From Patescibacteria group bacterium (lineage in GTDB: Bacteria > Patescibacteriota > UBA1384 > XYA2-FULL-43-10 > 1-14-0-10-43-13), in assembly GCA_041666325.1 (NCBI GenBank), contig JBAYHC010000003.1:159102-223101 (forward strand): a stretch of 64,000 nucleotides of DNA, written 5' to 3'. The position numbers and the translations under genes were made by a program. The notes beneath the pieces were generated by a model that saw nothing but the letters and a program-made list of their open reading frames with translations, searched no databases and was not told the origin of the DNA. This document shows positions 61,007-64,000 of this stretch, piece after piece. Every line of letters starts with the position of its first letter. Positions within the stretch are counted from its first letter, which is position 1.

Positions 61007-62069
61007 AAAAATTTCCGCAGTCATAGTCAACTACAACAATAAGAAGGATATTGTCGAGCTACTCAGTGCCCTGATTGAGATGAAAGACACAGTCCAGGAA
61101 ATTATTGTTGTTGACGACTGCTCAACTGACAACGGTCCAGAACTGATTCGGCGCTTATTTCCCTCGGTACTCCTCCTAACAACATCGACAAATTCTGGCC
61201 CGGGATCAGCTCGAAATATCGGCATTAGGCAGGCAAAAAGCAAACTTGTACTGTGTCTTGATAGCGACATGGAAATACAGGCAAAAGATATCGAGAGACT
61301 GGTAAGTCACTCGGTCAAGAACACCAACTATCAATTCTATATACCGCGCATTGTTTTTAGTAGCAACCGCAAGCTAATCCAGCACGAGGATTGTCCGTTT
61401 CACTACCTGGGATTCTCCTTAAGATGCAGCAATTATGGCAAAAATATTCAAGACTGTGATAGCACTGCAAGAGCTATAGACACTTTCCAGAGCGGTTGTT
61501 TTCTCTTTGTAAGGAGGCCAAACCACACAGTCAGACCATTCGATGAAAATTATTTTTATGGCTTTGAAGACCTGGACTTTTCTTTTCAAAATACCATTGC
61601 TGGCAACAGAGCGATTCTGATTCCTACTGCAATTGCTTGCCACAAAAACACTCCTACGCAAGGACTGTCCTTCAAAAACAAGGGGAAGTACCCTACAAGG
61701 CGCCTGTTCTATATTGTGCGAAACAAATGGATTTTTGTTCTTAAAAACTATCCTATCACTACTCTCGTCCTAATTCTTCCGTTGGAGCTGATGCTTGATG
61801 CTGGCACTGCGCTATATTCAACTTTATACACGAACGATAAGTTTCTAGTATTAAAAAGTTACGCCTCCTTAATGCGCGCAATGCCGAATGTCCTATCGAG
61901 AAGAAGAAACCGATGCTCTTATCAACTAAATTCACCGGCGGCTCTTATCAAAAATAAACCAATGCCTTTGCCCCAAGTCCTTGAAAAGCAGACTCTGCTA
62001 TCTTCCCTGCTTCCGTATCTCAACAAGCTTCTGTTTGCCTACGGTAAATACATCTTAAGACTCAAGTAG
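60999..62069 (+). CDS. GT2 glycosyltransferase
   Basis: VIVNYN, VDDCSTD, LDSD, YGFEDLD. Confidence 0.88.
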   Translation: MSKKISAVIVNYNNKKDIVELLSALIEMKDTVQEIIVVDDCSTDNGPELIRRLFPSVLLLTTSTNSGPGSARNIGIRQAKSKLVLCLDSDMEIQAKDIERLVSHSVKNTNYQFYIPRIVFSSNRKLIQHEDCPFHYLGFSLRCSNYGKNIQDCDSTARAIDTFQSGCFLFVRRPNHTVRPFDENYFYGFEDLDFSFQNTIAGNRAILIPTAIACHKNTPTQGLSFKNKGKYPTRRLFYIVRNKWIFVLKNYPITTLVLILPLELMLDAGTALYSTLYTNDKFLVLKSYASLMRAMPNVLSRRRNRCSYQLNSPAALIKNKPMPLPQVLEKQTLLSSLLPYLNKLLFAYGKYILRLK

Positions 62070-63092
62070 TTTCTTGTCTGATCGCAATGATTGCAATTTT
62101 AACAGCATAGACCGAAAAACAAACACTGGCAGCAGTATGATCATTCTGATCACGACGCACCTATCCTTGGTATTGGTAATCAACGCAAGGTTAAGACTCG
62201 AGTGCTTTGAGAAATAAATCTTTAATCCATTCTTCCACCCAAGCTCCAAGAGCTTATACGACTGAACAAAATGACTCCTGAAGACGAAAGCCCATCTTCT
62301 GGCCCATCTAATTTCCCGAATTGAAGAAATATAGTTAATTACCTTATAATCCTCCAGAATCATCTTGCCCGTAAGGCGATTCTTCTGAGTTACATTGCCG
62401 TCATGTACTCTGTAGTAATTTAGCCGCTCTGCTGAGTAGCAAACGTCTGAAATCAACAGAAATTTAGCCCAACACAGCCAATCCGCAGACTGGCTCATTG
62501 ATTCGTCTGCTAACCCAATTTGATTCCAACAATCGCTTCGGCAGACAACGCTGCTTGCATTTAGAATTTTGCCGGCATAATACGGGTATCGAGATAATTC
62601 GATTAGACCAGGGCTGAAAAAGTCGTTGCTCCACCGGACGCGATCATTCATAGATAACCGCTGAACACTCGGCCGCTGCCCAGCCTTGCTTACCACCCAT
62701 GACTGGCAATAAGCCAAGCCCGCAGTCGAATTAGCCTCCAATTTTTTAATCATCGTCTCAAGAAATTCCGGTGCTGAATAATCATCAGATTCGGCGATCC
62801 AGATATACTTTCCCCTCGCCTCTCTAATTCCTCTGTTCCATTGTATAAAGGGGCTTCCGCTGTTTGTATTATTAACAATAATCTTCGAGACATGAGGATT
62901 TTTCCGATACTTCTCAAATATCTCTAAACTATTGTCAGTGGAGGCATCGTCAAGAAAAATTACCTCAAAATCGCGCCAGGTTTGATCAAAAATTGTTTGC
63001 ATGCGCTGATCTAAAAATCTGGCATGATTGTAGTTGGGTACTATTACGCTGACTGTCGGCTGCCCAGAATGGTTTTTTAATAAGATGTTCAT
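62055..63092 (-). CDS. GT2 glycosyltransferase
   Basis: VIVPNYNHA, DDASTD, NSGSPFIQWN, IAESDD. Confidence 0.9.
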   Translation of the reverse strand: MNILLKNHSGQPTVSVIVPNYNHARFLDQRMQTIFDQTWRDFEVIFLDDASTDNSLEIFEKYRKNPHVSKIIVNNTNSGSPFIQWNRGIREARGKYIWIAESDDYSAPEFLETMIKKLEANSTAGLAYCQSWVVSKAGQRPSVQRLSMNDRVRWSNDFFSPGLIELSRYPYYAGKILNASSVVCRSDCWNQIGLADESMSQSADWLCWAKFLLISDVCYSAERLNYYRVHDGNVTQKNRLTGKMILEDYKVINYISSIREIRWARRWAFVFRSHFVQSYKLLELGWKNGLKIYFSKHSSLNLALITNTKDRCVVIRMIILLPVFVFRSMLLKLQSLRSDKKLLES

Positions 63093-63410
63093 TTTTAACT
63101 CTCTTGCTGATTGTAGTCCCGACAAAATAGCCTTCCGGGCCATATTTTTTCTATCACTAACCAGAAAATAACAGTGGTCATCTTCGATTACCAAACAAGG
63201 ACCTAAACAATGTCGCAACTCCAATCAAACGTTTCGAGAGAACTATTCTGGCTGGAATTGGCCACACTTTTTAAATATCTTTTATTGATTAACATATCAC
63301 ATATCGGTTATGATGACCGCGACGCTCGCCTGATTCTAGGCCCCTTTCTAGCTCACAATCAACAACTATGAACCGAGAGCAAATATGGCACTTAAAATAT
63401 AATGCTAACA

Positions 63411-64000
63411 ATGTCTCAGAAAATTATCAAAAAGATTACCCGCGGTTTAAAGCTATCCCTATTCAGGTCAGCGTTCTATCCGGGCCACTTCTACTCGCCA
63501 CTACCAAGCCTTTCAGAAATTAAGCGGGCAAACATGTTTTTTGATCGCGGCAAACAACTTATTCGCGGAATTTCATTTAACGAAAAAGCCCAGATTAAGC
63601 TCCTGAAAGACCTGAAGAAATACTCCCTTGACTGCCCTTTTCCCGACACCAAAAAGAAAAACTTTCGCTATTTTTTCCTCAATGACTCTTATTCTTTCAG
63701 TGACGGCAATGTCCTCTACTCGATGATTAGACACTTGACCCCAAAGCGAATCATTGAGGTGGGATCAGGATATTCTACCTGTTTAATTCTAGACACGAAC
63801 GATCTTTATTACAACAATCGAATGAAGTGCAAGTTTATTGAACCGTATCCCAAAAAAGTATTCTCACTCATTCATGAGGAAGATAGAAAAAGAGTTATAA
63901 CCAAGCCCACCCAGAAGGTAGATCTTTCTCTTTTCAAGCAACTGGAAAACAACGATATCCTATTTATTGACTCGAGTCACGTCTCAAAGTTTAATAGCGA
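63411..64000 (+). CDS. Partial class I SAM methyltransferase (Methyltransf_24-like)
   Basis: PGHFYSPLP, PKRIIEVGSGYST, IEPYP, LFIDSSHVSK; runs off window end. Confidence 0.85.
   Translation, partial: MSQKIIKKITRGLKLSLFRSAFYPGHFYSPLPSLSEIKRANMFFDRGKQLIRGISFNEKAQIKLLKDLKKYSLDCPFPDTKKKNFRYFFLNDSYSFSDGNVLYSMIRHLTPKRIIEVGSGYSTCLILDTNDLYYNNRMKCKFIEPYPKKVFSLIHEEDRKRVITKPTQKVDLSLFKQLENNDILFIDSSHVSKFNS

Overview
Chromosomal segment of a small-genome bacterium, most likely Patescibacteria/CPR. This is inferred from the DUF5663-like proteins, N-terminally truncated MurF, QAVFLTNGQ protein, reduced 23S domain III and SD-poor core genes. Core content: argS, tyrS, alpha2-type glyQS, a class A PBP, radA, recJ, recO, mutM, a dcw cluster (mraZ-ftsL-ftsI-murF-mraY-murD-ftsW-murG-murC-murB-ftsQ, with no rsmH or murE), tRNA-Pro(GGG), a 23S-5S locus with no linked 16S, and the start of a glycosyltransferase/methyltransferase cluster. 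The best candidates for undescribed systems are: (1) a tandemly duplicated module of a small acidic DUF5663-like protein plus a giant coiled-coil protein with Gly/Ala hydrophobic segments, one copy ending in a GrpE-like domain (3243-9901); (2) a two-gene operon of secreted Asn/Thr/Gly ~70-aa repeat proteins organised like a major fibre subunit plus a cell-anchored nucleator (49985-52975); (3) a catalytically eroded MurB which, with a stand-alone uridylyltransferase and an anomeric GHMP kinase, could indicate MurNAc/GlcNAc salvage. Also seen: a MITE- or 6S-like element abutting the tRNA, a helix-45 insertion in 23S, orphan genes with complete promoter/SD/terminator sets, leaderless genes and several eroded enzymes. 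All calls come from reading motifs by eye; no database searches were run.
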